From positions 12,327 through 76,326 of the forward strand of contig JAAYHB010000006.1 in assembly GCA_012727435.1 (NCBI GenBank): 64,000 nucleotides of DNA, given 5' to 3'. Below are positions 31,836 to 41,569 of this stretch, in pieces (within the stretch, counting starts at the first letter, position 1; every line of letters starts with the position of its first letter). The stretch comes from Clostridiales bacterium. GTDB taxonomy: Bacteria > Bacillota > Clostridia > Oscillospirales > CAG-272. The notes under the pieces were generated by a model. The model was given only the letters and a program-made list of their open reading frames with translations. It searched no databases and was not told the DNA's origin. The position numbers and the translations under genes were made by a program.

Positions 31836-34414
31836 ATGAACACACAGAAACTGACCCAAAAATGCATAGAGGCCATTAGCCGGGCACAAGGCATTGCCCG
31901 CGAGTATGGCAACCAGCAACTTCAGCAGGCACATTTTCTCTTAGCCCTCATTGAGCAGGAGGAGGGTATCGCGCGCGAGCTGATAAAGAAGTGCGGGGCG
32001 CGCCCCGAGGAGATGGCCGACAGGCTCCGCCTGATTATTGACAGATACCCGAAGATAAGCGGCGATGCAGATTCACTTTATCTTTCGGCCGCGGCAGACA
32101 AGGCGCTCAGAGAGGCCGAGAGGCTGGCCGAGGAAATGAAGGACGAATATGTTTCGGTCGAGCATATCCTGCTCGGCATTGTAAACACCGCCGACCGTGA
32201 TATAAAGGAACTGCTCGACCGCAGCGGCATTGACAAGCACGGCCTGCTCTCAGCCCTCAAGGACATCCGCGGTAACCGCCGGGTTATCAGCGACAGAGGA
32301 TACCTACAACGCCTTAAAAAAGTACGGCTCGGACCTCGTCGGGCTGGCACGGGCGCAAAAACTTGACCCGGTAATCGGCCGCGACGATGAAATCCGCAAT
32401 GTTATCAGGATTCTCTCGCGCAAAACAAAGAACAACCCGGTGCTCATAGGAGAGCCGGGTGTCGGCAAGACCGCCATTGTAGAAGGGCTGGCGCAACGGA
32501 TAGTGCGGGGGGACGTGCCCGAGGGTCTGCGCGACCGCTCGGTATTCTCGCTTGATATGGGAGCGCTGATTGCCGGGGCGAAATTCCGCGGCGAGTTTGA
32601 GGAGCGGCTTAAGGCGGTGCTTGAGGACATCAGAAAGAGTAACGGGAAGATAATACTCTTTATCGACGAGCTTCACAACATAGTCGGTGCGGGGCGTGCC
32701 GAGGGCGCAATGGACGCCGGCAACCTGCTCAAGCCCATGCTGGCCCGCGGCGAGCTGCACTGCATCGGCGCGACCACTCTCAACGAATACCGTCTTTACA
32801 TCGAAAAAGACGCGGCGCTCGAGCGGCGCTTCCAGCCGGTCATGGTCGAGGAACCGAGCGTCGAGGATACGATTTCAATCCTGCGCGGGATAAAGGAAAG
32901 GTACGAGGTTTTCCACGGCGTGAAAATCCACGACCAGGCGCTCATAGCCGTGGCCACCCTGTCAAATCGCTATATTTCCGACCGTTTTCTGCCCGACAAG
33001 GCAATAGATCTGGTAGATGAGGCCTGCGCCCTGATTAAGACCGAGATGAACTCAATGCCGGCCGAGATGGACGAAGCGCAGCGCCGCATCATGCAGCTTG
33101 AAATCGAGAAGGCCGCGCTCAAAAAGGAGACCGACAAGCTCTCACTCGAGCACCTTGAGGAGATAAGGAAGGAGCTCTCGGAGCGGCGCGAAGCCTTCAA
33201 TGCCATGAAGGCGAAGTGGGAAAATGAAAAGAAGGTAATCGACAGGATAAGCGAGCTGCGCAAGCAAATCGAGCAGACCAACTCCGAAATCGAGCGCGCC
33301 CAGAATGAATACAACTTAAGCCGGGCAGCCGAACTGAAATACGGCGTGCTTCCCGCCCTGCAAAGGCAGCTTGCCGAGGAGGAGGAACGCGCCGCCGCTG
33401 AAAAAACCAAACTATTGCGCAGCAGCGTGACCGAGGAGGAAATAGCAAAAATCGTCGCCCGCTGGACCGGGATTCCGGTATCAAAGCTGCTTGAGAGCGA
33501 GCGCAAAAAGCTTCTCTCGATGCCCGAGATACTGCACCGGCGTGTGGTCGGACAGGATGAGGCGGTCACGGTTGTCAGCAACGCGATACTGCGCTCCCGC
33601 GCCGGCATACGCGACCCGCGTCGGCCTATAGGCGCTTTTATGTTCCTCGGCCCCACCGGTGTCGGCAAGACCGAGCTTGCCAAGGCGCTCGCCGAAGCGC
33701 TATTTGACGACGAGAAGAACATGGTGCGGATCGACATGAGCGAGTATATGGAGAAATTCTCGGTCTCGCGCCTTATCGGGGCGCCCCCCGGATATGTCGG
33801 GTACGACGAGGGCGGCCAGCTCACCGAGGCGGTGCGCCGCAGGCCGTATGCCGTTGTCCTGTTTGACGAAATCGAGAAGGCGCACCCCGACGTCTTCAAC
33901 CTGCTGCTTCAGGTCCTCGACGACGGGCGGATTACCGACAGCCAGGGGCGCACCGTGGATTTCAAGAACACGATAATTATCATGACCTCAAACCCTCGGC
34001 TCGGACATAATCCTTGAGGGGATAACAGCCGACGGCAATATAAGCGGGCAGGCACGCGGCGCGGTCAACGAGCTGCTCCGCCGCAGCTTCCGCCCCGAAT
34101 TCCTCAACCGGATTGACGAGGTCGTGTTCTACCGCCCGCTCACGCAAGCAGATATTCGCGGGGTTGCGGAGCTGTTATTTGTCGATTTAAGACGTCGCCT
34201 TGAGGGCATGCACCTTAAGCTTGAGGTGACCGAGGCAGCGCGCGACTATATTATCGCCTCGGGTTTTGACCCGGTGTATGGCGCCAGACCGCTCAAGCGC
34301 TTCATACAGTCAAAGGTCGAAACTCTTGTCGCCCGGCGCATTGTCGCCGGCGACCCCGAGCCCGGCTCAACTTTGACTGTCGATTATGACGGACACGAGC
34401 TGTATGTGAGGTAA
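31836..34414 (+). pseudogene. clpB: Chaperone ClpB, split into three ORFs by two frameshifts
   Basis: Three consecutive ORF-track pieces (31797..32366, 32230..34017, 34124..34414) together read as a complete ClpB. They contain the N-domain, GEPGVGKT, the coiled-coil M-domain, GPTGVGKT and the C-terminal GARPLKRFIQ. Shift 1 is near 32295 (…GNRRVISD | [11 protein letters not shown]). Shift 2 is at CCC 33993-33995 ([13 protein letters not shown]… resumes after removing one C). Confidence 0.9.
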
Positions 34415-34433
34415 ACGCAATATTTGTCAGATA

Positions 34434-34466
34434 AAAACCCGGAGGGCTCTTAACCCCCCGGGTTTT
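34434..34466. terminator. Bidirectional terminator between convergent clpB and the 34534 gene
   Basis: AAAACCCGGAGGG-CTCTTAA-CCCCCCGGGTTTT, with A/T runs on both sides. Confidence 0.75.
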
Positions 34467-34533
34467 ATATGTTTTCGGTGTTAATTTCAGCCTGTTTTCA
34501 ATTGGATGATGGTTATTTACTGCTTTTATTGCA

Positions 34534-36450
34534 TCAGTCATTGGTTCTTACCGGGCTTCCGCCGGTGAGCACGATCATTTTAACCGCGTCGAGCGAAAAC
34601 TGATTTGCCTCGACGGTCAGCGCCTTGTCGAGCATGCCCCGCCCTAAGACTCTTATGTGCTTTGTGTTGGGGGGAACCAGCCCTTTTTTGATTAGCGCGG
34701 AGGTGTTGACAATATCGCCGGAGTTGAAATTCTCGCCTATTGTGTCAAGCCACACGTCGACACAGTTATGTCTTTTGACGTAGCCCTCCTCGCTGTCGAG
34801 CGTCTCAAGCAGCACCCCGGCGGTCAGGTCGTCTATGAGCGCATTGGCGTCCTCGACAGAAATCTTCTCGGCCCTGACAATTTCGGCGCGCAGCTTCTCG
34901 CGGCGCTTGGCGGTTTCCTCGTCTTCAAAGATTAGCTTTTTGGTCTCGACATTTTGGATAACGCTGTCAATAGCGCTTCTGCAGCCGCTCTTTGTGGCGT
35001 ATGCAGGCGAGGTGGCGATAGTCTCGTAATTCGCGGCCTTGATGCGGAAGCGGTATTCGCCGGCGCTGTCAAGGTAAATTTCAAACTTCGGTGCATATAC
35101 CTTGCCTTCGGCAAGCTCGGTCAGGTCGGCGATGACGGCAGCCGACACGTTCTTGGCAAGGCTTAAAATTGCCTTTTTGCAGGCGGCAGGTGATTGGTAG
35201 GCCGGGGAGACGGCGAGTGTTTCATGGTTTGCGGCCTTGAGGCTGAAAATAAAGCCTTCGGGGGTCTGTTTGATGTAATAATACCCCAGGGTTCCCGGCC
35301 TGAAAGTATCGCGTGCCGAGATAACCGTTTTTGCTCCGGTTTCCGGGGTTGTTTCAGATGTTTGTTTTTCTGCCGGCGACGCGTCAGCCCCGATAGGCTC
35401 GACCGGGGTATCGGAAGGCCCGGATTCAGACTTTGCGGTCATCGCAGCCGCAAGCACGCCCGGGGCTGCCGCAGCAGCCTCATGTCCACCGCCGGCGGTG
35501 ACGGATTCGGAAGCCCTTGCCTCGGGTGAGTCTGTCAGAAGTGCTGCTGCACCGGGCAGAGCCGCTCCCGCTAAATTAGTAGTTCCGGAGGCTGCGACGC
35601 CGGCTGCTGCCGATTTGAGCGCGGTGTTCTTGCGCTCCCGGATGTTTTTAATTGTCAGGACAGAGATAACCGCAACACAGCCAGCCAGAATCAGGGTAAT
35701 CCATAGCCAGGAGAGATTGTGGCTCTCGGTTCTCCCGGTAATCGTTTCGTTGTTTCCGCTGATAAAGACCTCGCCGATTGTCATTCCGACTGCAGGCAGG
35801 TTGGATGTGCTGCTGCAGTTCTCCATTATGAAAACTTCTCCCCCGGCCGCCGCAAAGCCGACCACCGCTCCCGCCGAACGGGCTGCGGACTCAATTATAA
35901 TATCGACGCTGCAGTTCTTAATACCGCAGGAGTCGGTAAGCGACAAGGCGTATCCGGCAATTCCGCCGACATAATAGGTGCCCCTGACGTAGCTGTTTTT
36001 TATCGTCAGGTTCTCAACCGACCCGTCGATAATGCGCCCGAAAAGGCCGGCAAAACCCGAGGATGCGGTGCAGTACATCCCGCTGATACTGTGACCGGCA
36101 CCGTCAAACCTGCCCGAAAATTCATTGAAGTTATCTCCTATAGGCGTCCATAGGGATGGCTCCCCGGTTTCAGACCATATGCCGCTCTCGCTGAAGATTC
36201 CGGGGTTGAGTATTATATCGTTGGCAAGAACGAAGGTGACGCCCTTCATGTCCATGCCCGAATTGACTAACCCGGCAAGCTGATATAGCCCCTTAGCACT
36301 GCTTATCGAGCAGATGAGTCCGGGCTCAAACTCTTCGACCGACAGTATATCGGGAATACTGTCTGTAGCATAGCTTAACGGGAGAGAGCAGGCAAACACC
36401 AAAAAAACAAGGATAATCAATGCCGGTGTGATTTTCAGAGTATTGCCCAT
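34534..36450 (-). CDS. Single-pass membrane protein with an extracellular GLUG-type domain, a TM helix, an Ala/Pro-rich linker, two YegP (DUF1508) domains and a uL15 C-terminal-like domain
   Basis: ATG at 36450 (GAAAGGCAGGG RBS), 638 aa.
- Signal peptide MGNTLKITPALIILVFLVFACSLPLSYA.
- GLUG-like FSGRFDGAGHSISGMY…GLFGRIIDGSVENLTIKNSYVRGTYYVGGIAGY.
- TM helix WLWITLILAGCVAVISVLTI (aa 248-267).
- YegP-like GYYYIKQTPEGFIFSLKAANHETLAVSPAY and KFEIYLDSAGEYRFRIKAANYETIATSPAYATKSGCRSAIDSV.
- C-terminus …IRVLGRGMLDKALTVEANQFSLDAVKMIVLTGG, which aligns with the L15 C-terminus ([33 protein letters not shown] in B. subtilis). Confidence 0.75.
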   Translation of the reverse strand: MGNTLKITPALIILVFLVFACSLPLSYATDSIPDILSVEEFEPGLICSISSAKGLYQLAGLVNSGMDMKGVTFVLANDIILNPGIFSESGIWSETGEPSLWTPIGDNFNEFSGRFDGAGHSISGMYCTASSGFAGLFGRIIDGSVENLTIKNSYVRGTYYVGGIAGYALSLTDSCGIKNCSVDIIIESAARSAGAVVGFAAAGGEVFIMENCSSTSNLPAVGMTIGEVFISGNNETITGRTESHNLSWLWITLILAGCVAVISVLTIKNIRERKNTALKSAAAGVAASGTTNLAGAALPGAAALLTDSPEARASESVTAGGGHEAAAAAPGVLAAAMTAKSESGPSDTPVEPIGADASPAEKQTSETTPETGAKTVISARDTFRPGTLGYYYIKQTPEGFIFSLKAANHETLAVSPAYQSPAACKKAILSLAKNVSAAVIADLTELAEGKVYAPKFEIYLDSAGEYRFRIKAANYETIATSPAYATKSGCRSAIDSVIQNVETKKLIFEDEETAKRREKLRAEIVRAEKISVEDANALIDDLTAGVLLETLDSEEGYVKRHNCVDVWLDTIGENFNSGDIVNTSALIKKGLVPPNTKHIRVLGRGMLDKALTVEANQFSLDAVKMIVLTGGSPVRTND

Positions 36451-36481
36451 ATCGACCCTGCCTTTCACTTCATCTGTAATG

Positions 36482-36510
36482 ATTCTATCATGCCAGGTGT
36501 GCAAAATCAA
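36482..36510 (-). promoter_or_regulatory. Sigma-A promoter of the 34534..36450 gene
   Basis: On the minus strand: TTGATT (36510-36505), a 17-nt spacer ending in TGA, then TAGAAT (36487-36482). Confidence 0.55.
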
Positions 36511-36606
36511 GGAAAAATAAGGGAGAGATGAATAAATTTTTACCAGCTTAGCAGGACGGTTAGTTTTTGTGCTCCGGAAGAAAAATATGTGTGGTTTTTC
36601 TTTGTG

Positions 36607-36635
36607 TTGACAAATCTGCAGGATGTGTGTATAAT
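36607..36635 (+). promoter_or_regulatory. Consensus sigma-A promoter of the FAD-oxidoreductase gene
   Basis: TTGACA (36607-36612), a 17-nt spacer ending in TGTG, then TATAAT (36630-36635). A GC-rich leader of about 115 nt follows. Confidence 0.7.
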
Positions 36636-36755
36636 GGTTACAATGAATAAAAAAGAAACGCGGGACGGGGTACATTCCCGACTCAGGAAGGGTACCGGGG
36701 CGCAAATACGGAACGTTCCGCGTCCGGAGAAACCGGAGAAAGGTTGAGAAGGATA

Positions 36756-38609
36756 ATGAAAAGAAAGGCCGAGAGATATTTTGAGCGGGAATTCGACGTT
36801 ATAGTCGTCGGCGGGGGTATGGCGGGGCTTTGTGCCGCAATATCTGCTGCAAGGCATGGGGCGCATACCGCGCTTGTGCATGCCCGGCCGGTGCTGGGCG
36901 GGAATGCCTCAAGCGAAATCAGGATACATATTTCGGGCGCTGACCAGAGTCTGCGGAAGCCCCAGTATGCCGAGAGCGGCCTTGTCTATGAGCTGATGCT
37001 CGAAAACAAGGCAAGAAATGACTTCTTCAGCTATTCAATCTGGGATGCTGTGCTTTTTGAAGCGGTAAAGAAGGAACCGAAGCTTGAAACCTTCCTCAAT
37101 ACCGTAATGTATGACTGCGAAACCGAAGACAGCCGGATAGTCAGTATTTCCTGTGTGCAGGAAACCACCGAGATGCGCATGAAACTGAGAGCCCCGCTTT
37201 TTGTCGATGCAACCGGCAACGGCACGCTTGGCTACTATGCCGGCGCCGATTTCAGGACGGGGAGTGAGTCAAAATACGAGTTCGGAGAACCTCATGCGCC
37301 CGAGAAGCCCAACAACCACCGGATGGGCAATACTATTCTGATAAAGGCAAGAGACATGGGGCGGCCTGTAAAATTCACCCCGCCTTCGTTTGCCAAACCG
37401 CTTACCGAGGAGCAGCTCAAATACCGGATGCACTGCGCAAAGCACAAAATCGACCCGAGCATGGCGCCCGACCCCGAGGAGTGGCTGAGACTGTCGGGCA
37501 CAAGCTGCCGCGGCGTCGATTACGGTTACTGGTGGCTTGAGCTGATGGGCGATGGAGATGATATAATCCCCGATTACGAAAAGATACGCGACGACCTTAT
37601 GGCCTATGCCTACGGCCTGTGGGACCATATTAAGAACCACGGCGACCACGGCGCGGAGAACTATGCGCTCGAATGGGTCGGAGCCCTGCCGGGCATGCGC
37701 GAGAGCCGGCGGTTTATGGGCGACTACATTCTGACCGAGTGCGACATGCTCGGGCACAGGATATTCGACGACGCCGTGACCTACGGCGGTTGGTGCGTAG
37801 ACCTGCACGCCCCGCGCGGTCTTCTGGATTTCGACCTTCTTCCGAGCGAATGCTATCATTTTTCAGGAGTCTATACGATTCCTTACCGCTCATACTATTC
37901 AAGGAACATAAAAAACCTCTTTATGGCCGGGCGCAACATCAGCACCACGCGGCTGGCGCTTGCCAGCACAAGAATTATCGGCTGTTGCGCCACCGGCGGC
38001 CAGGCGGTAGGAATTGCGGCGGCTCTGTGCACAAAATACGGCTGTGACCCGCGGGAGCTTGCCCCGCATGTCGGTGAGGTACAGCAGCTCATGCTCAAGG
38101 CCGACGGTTTTATTCCCGGGTTTAAAAACACCGACCCGGCCGACAAGGCAAGAAGTGCGACCTTTACTGCAAGCTCATATGTAGCCGGCGGCGAGCCCCA
38201 AAAGGTTGTGGACGGAATCTCGCGGCGGCTTGACGACGACTCGCATGCCTGGATATCCGATAGAATTTCCCCGGACGGCGAGTACCTGATAATGAAATTT
38301 CCGAAGCCCGAGACGATATCCGAGCTTCACCTGACATTCGATTCAAATTTCAATTACCCCATCCGCATTACAATGGCGTACAACCGGCAGATTCAGCAGA
38401 GGATCGGCGTGCCGCCCGAGTTGGTCAGGGACTATACGGTCATGTTCGAGCGGGACGGCAGGGTGGTAAAGAAAGTCGAGGTCAAGGACAACCACCAGCG
38501 CAAGAATATATTAAAATTTGAGCCGGTCGAGTGCGACAGTGCCAAGATTCACATAACCGCCACAAATGGCGCAGACAAGATTACGGTCTTTGAGGTCAGG
38601 GCGTATTAA
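36756..38609 (+). CDS. FAD-dependent oxidoreductase (PF12831-like) with a C-terminal beta-sandwich (discoidin-like) domain
   Basis: Dinucleotide fold FDVIVVGGGMAGLCAAISAARHG…LGGNASSE. 617 aa from the ATG at 36756; an alternative TTG start lies at 36744. Confidence 0.75.
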   Translation: MKRKAERYFEREFDVIVVGGGMAGLCAAISAARHGAHTALVHARPVLGGNASSEIRIHISGADQSLRKPQYAESGLVYELMLENKARNDFFSYSIWDAVLFEAVKKEPKLETFLNTVMYDCETEDSRIVSISCVQETTEMRMKLRAPLFVDATGNGTLGYYAGADFRTGSESKYEFGEPHAPEKPNNHRMGNTILIKARDMGRPVKFTPPSFAKPLTEEQLKYRMHCAKHKIDPSMAPDPEEWLRLSGTSCRGVDYGYWWLELMGDGDDIIPDYEKIRDDLMAYAYGLWDHIKNHGDHGAENYALEWVGALPGMRESRRFMGDYILTECDMLGHRIFDDAVTYGGWCVDLHAPRGLLDFDLLPSECYHFSGVYTIPYRSYYSRNIKNLFMAGRNISTTRLALASTRIIGCCATGGQAVGIAAALCTKYGCDPRELAPHVGEVQQLMLKADGFIPGFKNTDPADKARSATFTASSYVAGGEPQKVVDGISRRLDDDSHAWISDRISPDGEYLIMKFPKPETISELHLTFDSNFNYPIRITMAYNRQIQQRIGVPPELVRDYTVMFERDGRVVKKVEVKDNHQRKNILKFEPVECDSAKIHITATNGADKITVFEVRAY

Positions 38610-38639
38610 AAAGGCGACCGGCACTCAAAGTGCATACAG

Positions 38640-38686
38640 GCAAAGCTGTTCAGTGCGAGGAGCACTGAACGGCTTTGCTTTTTTAT
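38640..38686 (+). terminator. Intrinsic terminator of the oxidoreductase gene
   Basis: GCAAAGCTGTTCAGTGC-GAGGA-GCACTGAACGGCTTTGC (38640-38678), then TTTTTTATTT. Confidence 0.8.
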
Positions 38687-38762
38687 TTGTACTGGCGGGG
38701 ATTGTGCTGTAATGGCGCTGACAACCTGCCATGGATGTCGTGGCTTTTTTGACCTTTCGGAT

Positions 38763-39623
38763 TTATGCTCCCGGCAGGCTGTATTCATATATTCCCTCGT
38801 AGACTGTCGCGGCCGGCCCCTCCATTGTCATCTGATAATCTCTGTCACAGACAACGACAAGCTTACCGCCCGGCAGCTTTACGGTGACCGGTGTGTTGAA
38901 GTCACACAGTCCGAGGCGCGCCGCCGCCGCCACCACGGCGCAGGCGCCGGTACCGCAGGCCAGTGTCTCGCCGCTCCCGCGCTCCCAGACACGCATATGT
39001 ATGACGTTGCGGCTGATAACCCGGACAAATTCGGCGTTTGTCCTCTCGGGGAAGATTATATGCCGCTCAAAGGCCGGGCCGACGCGCACAATGTCAAGCA
39101 AATCAAGGTCACCGGGTACAAAAACCGCGGCATGCGGGTTGCCGACCGAGAGGCAGGTGATATTATAGGTCTGCCCGAGGACGGTGAGAGGGCGGTTGAT
39201 TACCGGCTCATCCGAGATCACCGGGACACCTGCCGGCGAGAAATCCGCCCGGCCCATGTCGACCTTCACCGAGGTGACGCAACCGTCATTCCCGACGGTA
39301 AGCTCAAGGTGTTTGATGCCTGCAAGCGTCTCGACAGAAAGGTACCTTGACCTTTTGATGCCCCGGTCATAGACAAATTTCCCCACACAGCGGATACCGT
39401 TGCCGCACATTCCGGCCTCGCTGCCGTCGGCGTTGAAAATCCTCATTTTCACATCTGCCGCCTCCGACCGGCAGACCAGTATAACCCCGTCGGCGCCTAC
39501 CGAAAAGCGCCTGCGGGATATCTGCACTGCAAGCAAAGAGGGGTCGGGCGGCTCACCGCCGAGGCAGTCAATTACTATGTAGTCATTGCCGATACCCTGC
39601 ATTTTGGTAAATTCTATTCTCAT
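38763..39623 (-). CDS. dapF: Diaminopimelate epimerase
   Basis: MRIEFTKMQGIGNDYIVID, NADGSEAGMCGNGIRC and ETLACGTGACA contain both catalytic Cys. GGAAGGAG RBS. Confidence 0.93.
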   Translation of the reverse strand: MRIEFTKMQGIGNDYIVIDCLGGEPPDPSLLAVQISRRRFSVGADGVILVCRSEAADVKMRIFNADGSEAGMCGNGIRCVGKFVYDRGIKRSRYLSVETLAGIKHLELTVGNDGCVTSVKVDMGRADFSPAGVPVISDEPVINRPLTVLGQTYNITCLSVGNPHAAVFVPGDLDLLDIVRVGPAFERHIIFPERTNAEFVRVISRNVIHMRVWERGSGETLACGTGACAVVAAAARLGLCDFNTPVTVKLPGGKLVVVCDRDYQMTMEGPAATVYEGIYEYSLPGA

Positions 39624-39919
39624 GCCCTGACTACTCCTTCCGTGAGCAAGATAGGTACAAACCCCGCCGGCGGCACAGATGCGCCGGTGAGTTGCATATA
39701 GTGATATTTTACCACAATAAAGTATTCGGTTCCATAGAGAAAAAGGTCGATTTTAAGTGGCGCGGGGCGCCATGACACCATAAAATATAGTGTGGCAGCA
39801 TGGCCCAAGTGCCCGGACAATCGGTTTTGCTAAAGCTTGAAAATGCATAAATCAATCGTCCGGCAGGAGTTCGGGCGGTTTAAAATTATCAAGGTTGCCT
39901 GTTCGGCATGGAGGTAAAT

Positions 39920-40834
39920 ATGTACGACAATATAAAACTGGCTTTACTGGGAGGCGATCTCAGACAGTTGTCGGTGGCCAGACGGCTGTCGGGTCTGGGA
40001 TTTGAGACCGCGGTGTGGGGACTCGGAACCTGCGAGACCGAGATCGGGGATGCGGTGCGTTGCGCCGAATGGACAGACGCTATAAAAGGAAGCCGGGCGG
40101 TTATTCTGCCGCTGCCGGCCTCGGCCGACGGGATAAATGTCAACTGCCCGCTGAATTCAGAGGCGGGCGGACTCAAAATAATGCAGGTGTTTGAGGAGAT
40201 AGAGAAGGCCGGAGATGTACTCTTAATCGGGGGAAAATTCACGCCCTCGCACCGGGCCGCGGCAGAGAAGCGCGGTATTCGTATTATTGATTATTTTGAT
40301 TCGGAAGAGCTTCAGATAAAGAACGCGGTGCCCACCGCCGAGGGTGCTATTGCAATTGCCATGAACGAGCTGCCGATAACCATACAGGGTTCAAAAGCAG
40401 CGATCATCGGATACGGAAGGGTTGGAAAGGTGCTGGCCGACAAGCTTGCCGCCCTGGGGTCGCATGTGACCGTCGCGGCCAGAAAGCCGGCAGACCTTGC
40501 CTGGGCATATAACAAGATGTTCGAAACGCTGCGCATTGAGCTGAGAAACGGGAAGAGCAGCCTGATAGCGCTTGGCAAGGGCTATGACGTGATTTTCAAT
40601 ACCGTCCCGTACTGGTTGTTTGACAGCGGCGTGCTCTCGCAACTCTGCAAGAATACTCTTATAATAGACATCGCTTCGGCGCCCGGCGGGGTCGACTCGA
40701 AGGCCGCAAGCGAGTGCGGCATCAAGGTAATCTGGGCGCTGTCACTGCCCGGCAAGTGCTCGCCCTTTACCGCGGGTGAAATTATTTGCGATTCGATAAT
40801 AGACATTTTAGCGCAGGAAGGAGTAATACAGTGA
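39920..40834 (+). CDS. dpaA: Dipicolinate synthase subunit A (SpoVFA)
   Basis: IKLALLGGDLRQLSVARRL… and the NAD-binding AAIIGYGRVGKVLADKL. GGAGGT RBS before the ATG at 39920. It is paired with dpaB. Confidence 0.85.
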   Translation: MYDNIKLALLGGDLRQLSVARRLSGLGFETAVWGLGTCETEIGDAVRCAEWTDAIKGSRAVILPLPASADGINVNCPLNSEAGGLKIMQVFEEIEKAGDVLLIGGKFTPSHRAAAEKRGIRIIDYFDSEELQIKNAVPTAEGAIAIAMNELPITIQGSKAAIIGYGRVGKVLADKLAALGSHVTVAARKPADLAWAYNKMFETLRIELRNGKSSLIALGKGYDVIFNTVPYWLFDSGVLSQLCKNTLIIDIASAPGGVDSKAASECGIKVIWALSLPGKCSPFTAGEIICDSIIDILAQEGVIQ

Positions 40835-41391
40835 TAGGATATGCAATGTGCGGGTCGTTTTGTACCATGGAATCCTCGCTGGAGCAGCTCGCCCTGCTCA
40901 AGGAGCGGGGATATGACATAATTCCGATAATGAGCGGTAATCTTTACAACACCGATACCCGCTTCGGACCTGCCTTATACTTTCGAGAGCGGGTCGAGCA
41001 GATTTGCGGCAGGCAAATACTACATACCATAGTGGATGTCGAGCCGTTCGGACCGCAGATTTCACTCGATGCGCTGGTTATCTGCCCCTGCACCGGCAAC
41101 TCGCTCGCCAAAATAGCACTCGGTATCAGCGATACCTCGGTGACGATGGCGGCGAAAGCGCACCTGAGAGGAAACCGGCCGCTGGTGATTGCGCTGGCCT
41201 CAAACGATGCGCTGTCGGCGAACCTGAAGAATATTGCGACACTGCTGGCGCGAAAACATGTGTTTTTTGTGCCTATGACACAGGACGATCCGGCAAAGAA
41301 GCCGAACTCGCTCGTGGCCGATTACAGTCTGGTGCCCCGGACGCTCGAGTATGCGCTTGCCGGTAAGCAATATCAGAAGGTATTCATATAA
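40831..41391 (+). CDS. dpaB: Dipicolinate synthase subunit B (SpoVFB, flavoprotein)
   Basis: VIGYAMCGSFCTMESSLEQL…ICPCTGNSLAKIALGISDT. The GTG start overlaps the dpaA TGA (GTGA at 40831-40834). AGGAAGGAG RBS. Confidence 0.85.
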   Translation: MIGYAMCGSFCTMESSLEQLALLKERGYDIIPIMSGNLYNTDTRFGPALYFRERVEQICGRQILHTIVDVEPFGPQISLDALVICPCTGNSLAKIALGISDTSVTMAAKAHLRGNRPLVIALASNDALSANLKNIATLLARKHVFFVPMTQDDPAKKPNSLVADYSLVPRTLEYALAGKQYQKVFI

Positions 41392-41413
41392 GATGCGGAA
41401 GATTAAAAAAAAT

Positions 41414-41446
41414 CGCGGCAGCATGTCTGCCGCGTATTGTTTTTGT
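41414..41446 (+). terminator. Intrinsic terminator of dpaB
   Basis: CGCGGCAG-CATGT-CTGCCGCG (41414-41434), then TATTGTTTTTGT. Confidence 0.75.
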
Positions 41447-41452
41447 TACGCC

Positions 41453-41566
41453 TTTAGGGTGGCCGTAGGGGCGACCTGCGGTCGGCCCACACCTCTCCCC
41501 AGGTCAACTGGTGCTATGGCAGCCGAAGCGCGGGATTCGGGGTATGGGGCGGAGCCCCATGCCTTT
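41453..41566 (-). repeat. Copy F of the dispersed repeat family (head module, reverse orientation) plus an extra GC-rich hairpin module
   Basis: The reverse complement of 41531-41566 is GGCATGGGGCTCCGCCCCATACCCCGAATCCCG. The head lies 12 nt from the stop of the minus-strand TVP38 gene. The extra module is GGGGCGACCTGCGGTCGGCCC (41468-41488). Confidence 0.6.
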
Positions 41567-41569
41567 ATA

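Noticed and set aside
38712-39350. A 212-aa ORF on the plus strand overlapping dapF.
   Set aside because: It is antisense to a well-supported dapF with both catalytic Cys motifs, and its product is Arg/His-rich and low-complexity.
39830-39880. Sigma-K-type promoter for dpaA (CATAAATCA near 39846).
   Set aside because: Only a partial match to the -10 CATA---TA consensus, with no clear -35 AC element at the right spacing. This is too weak to annotate.
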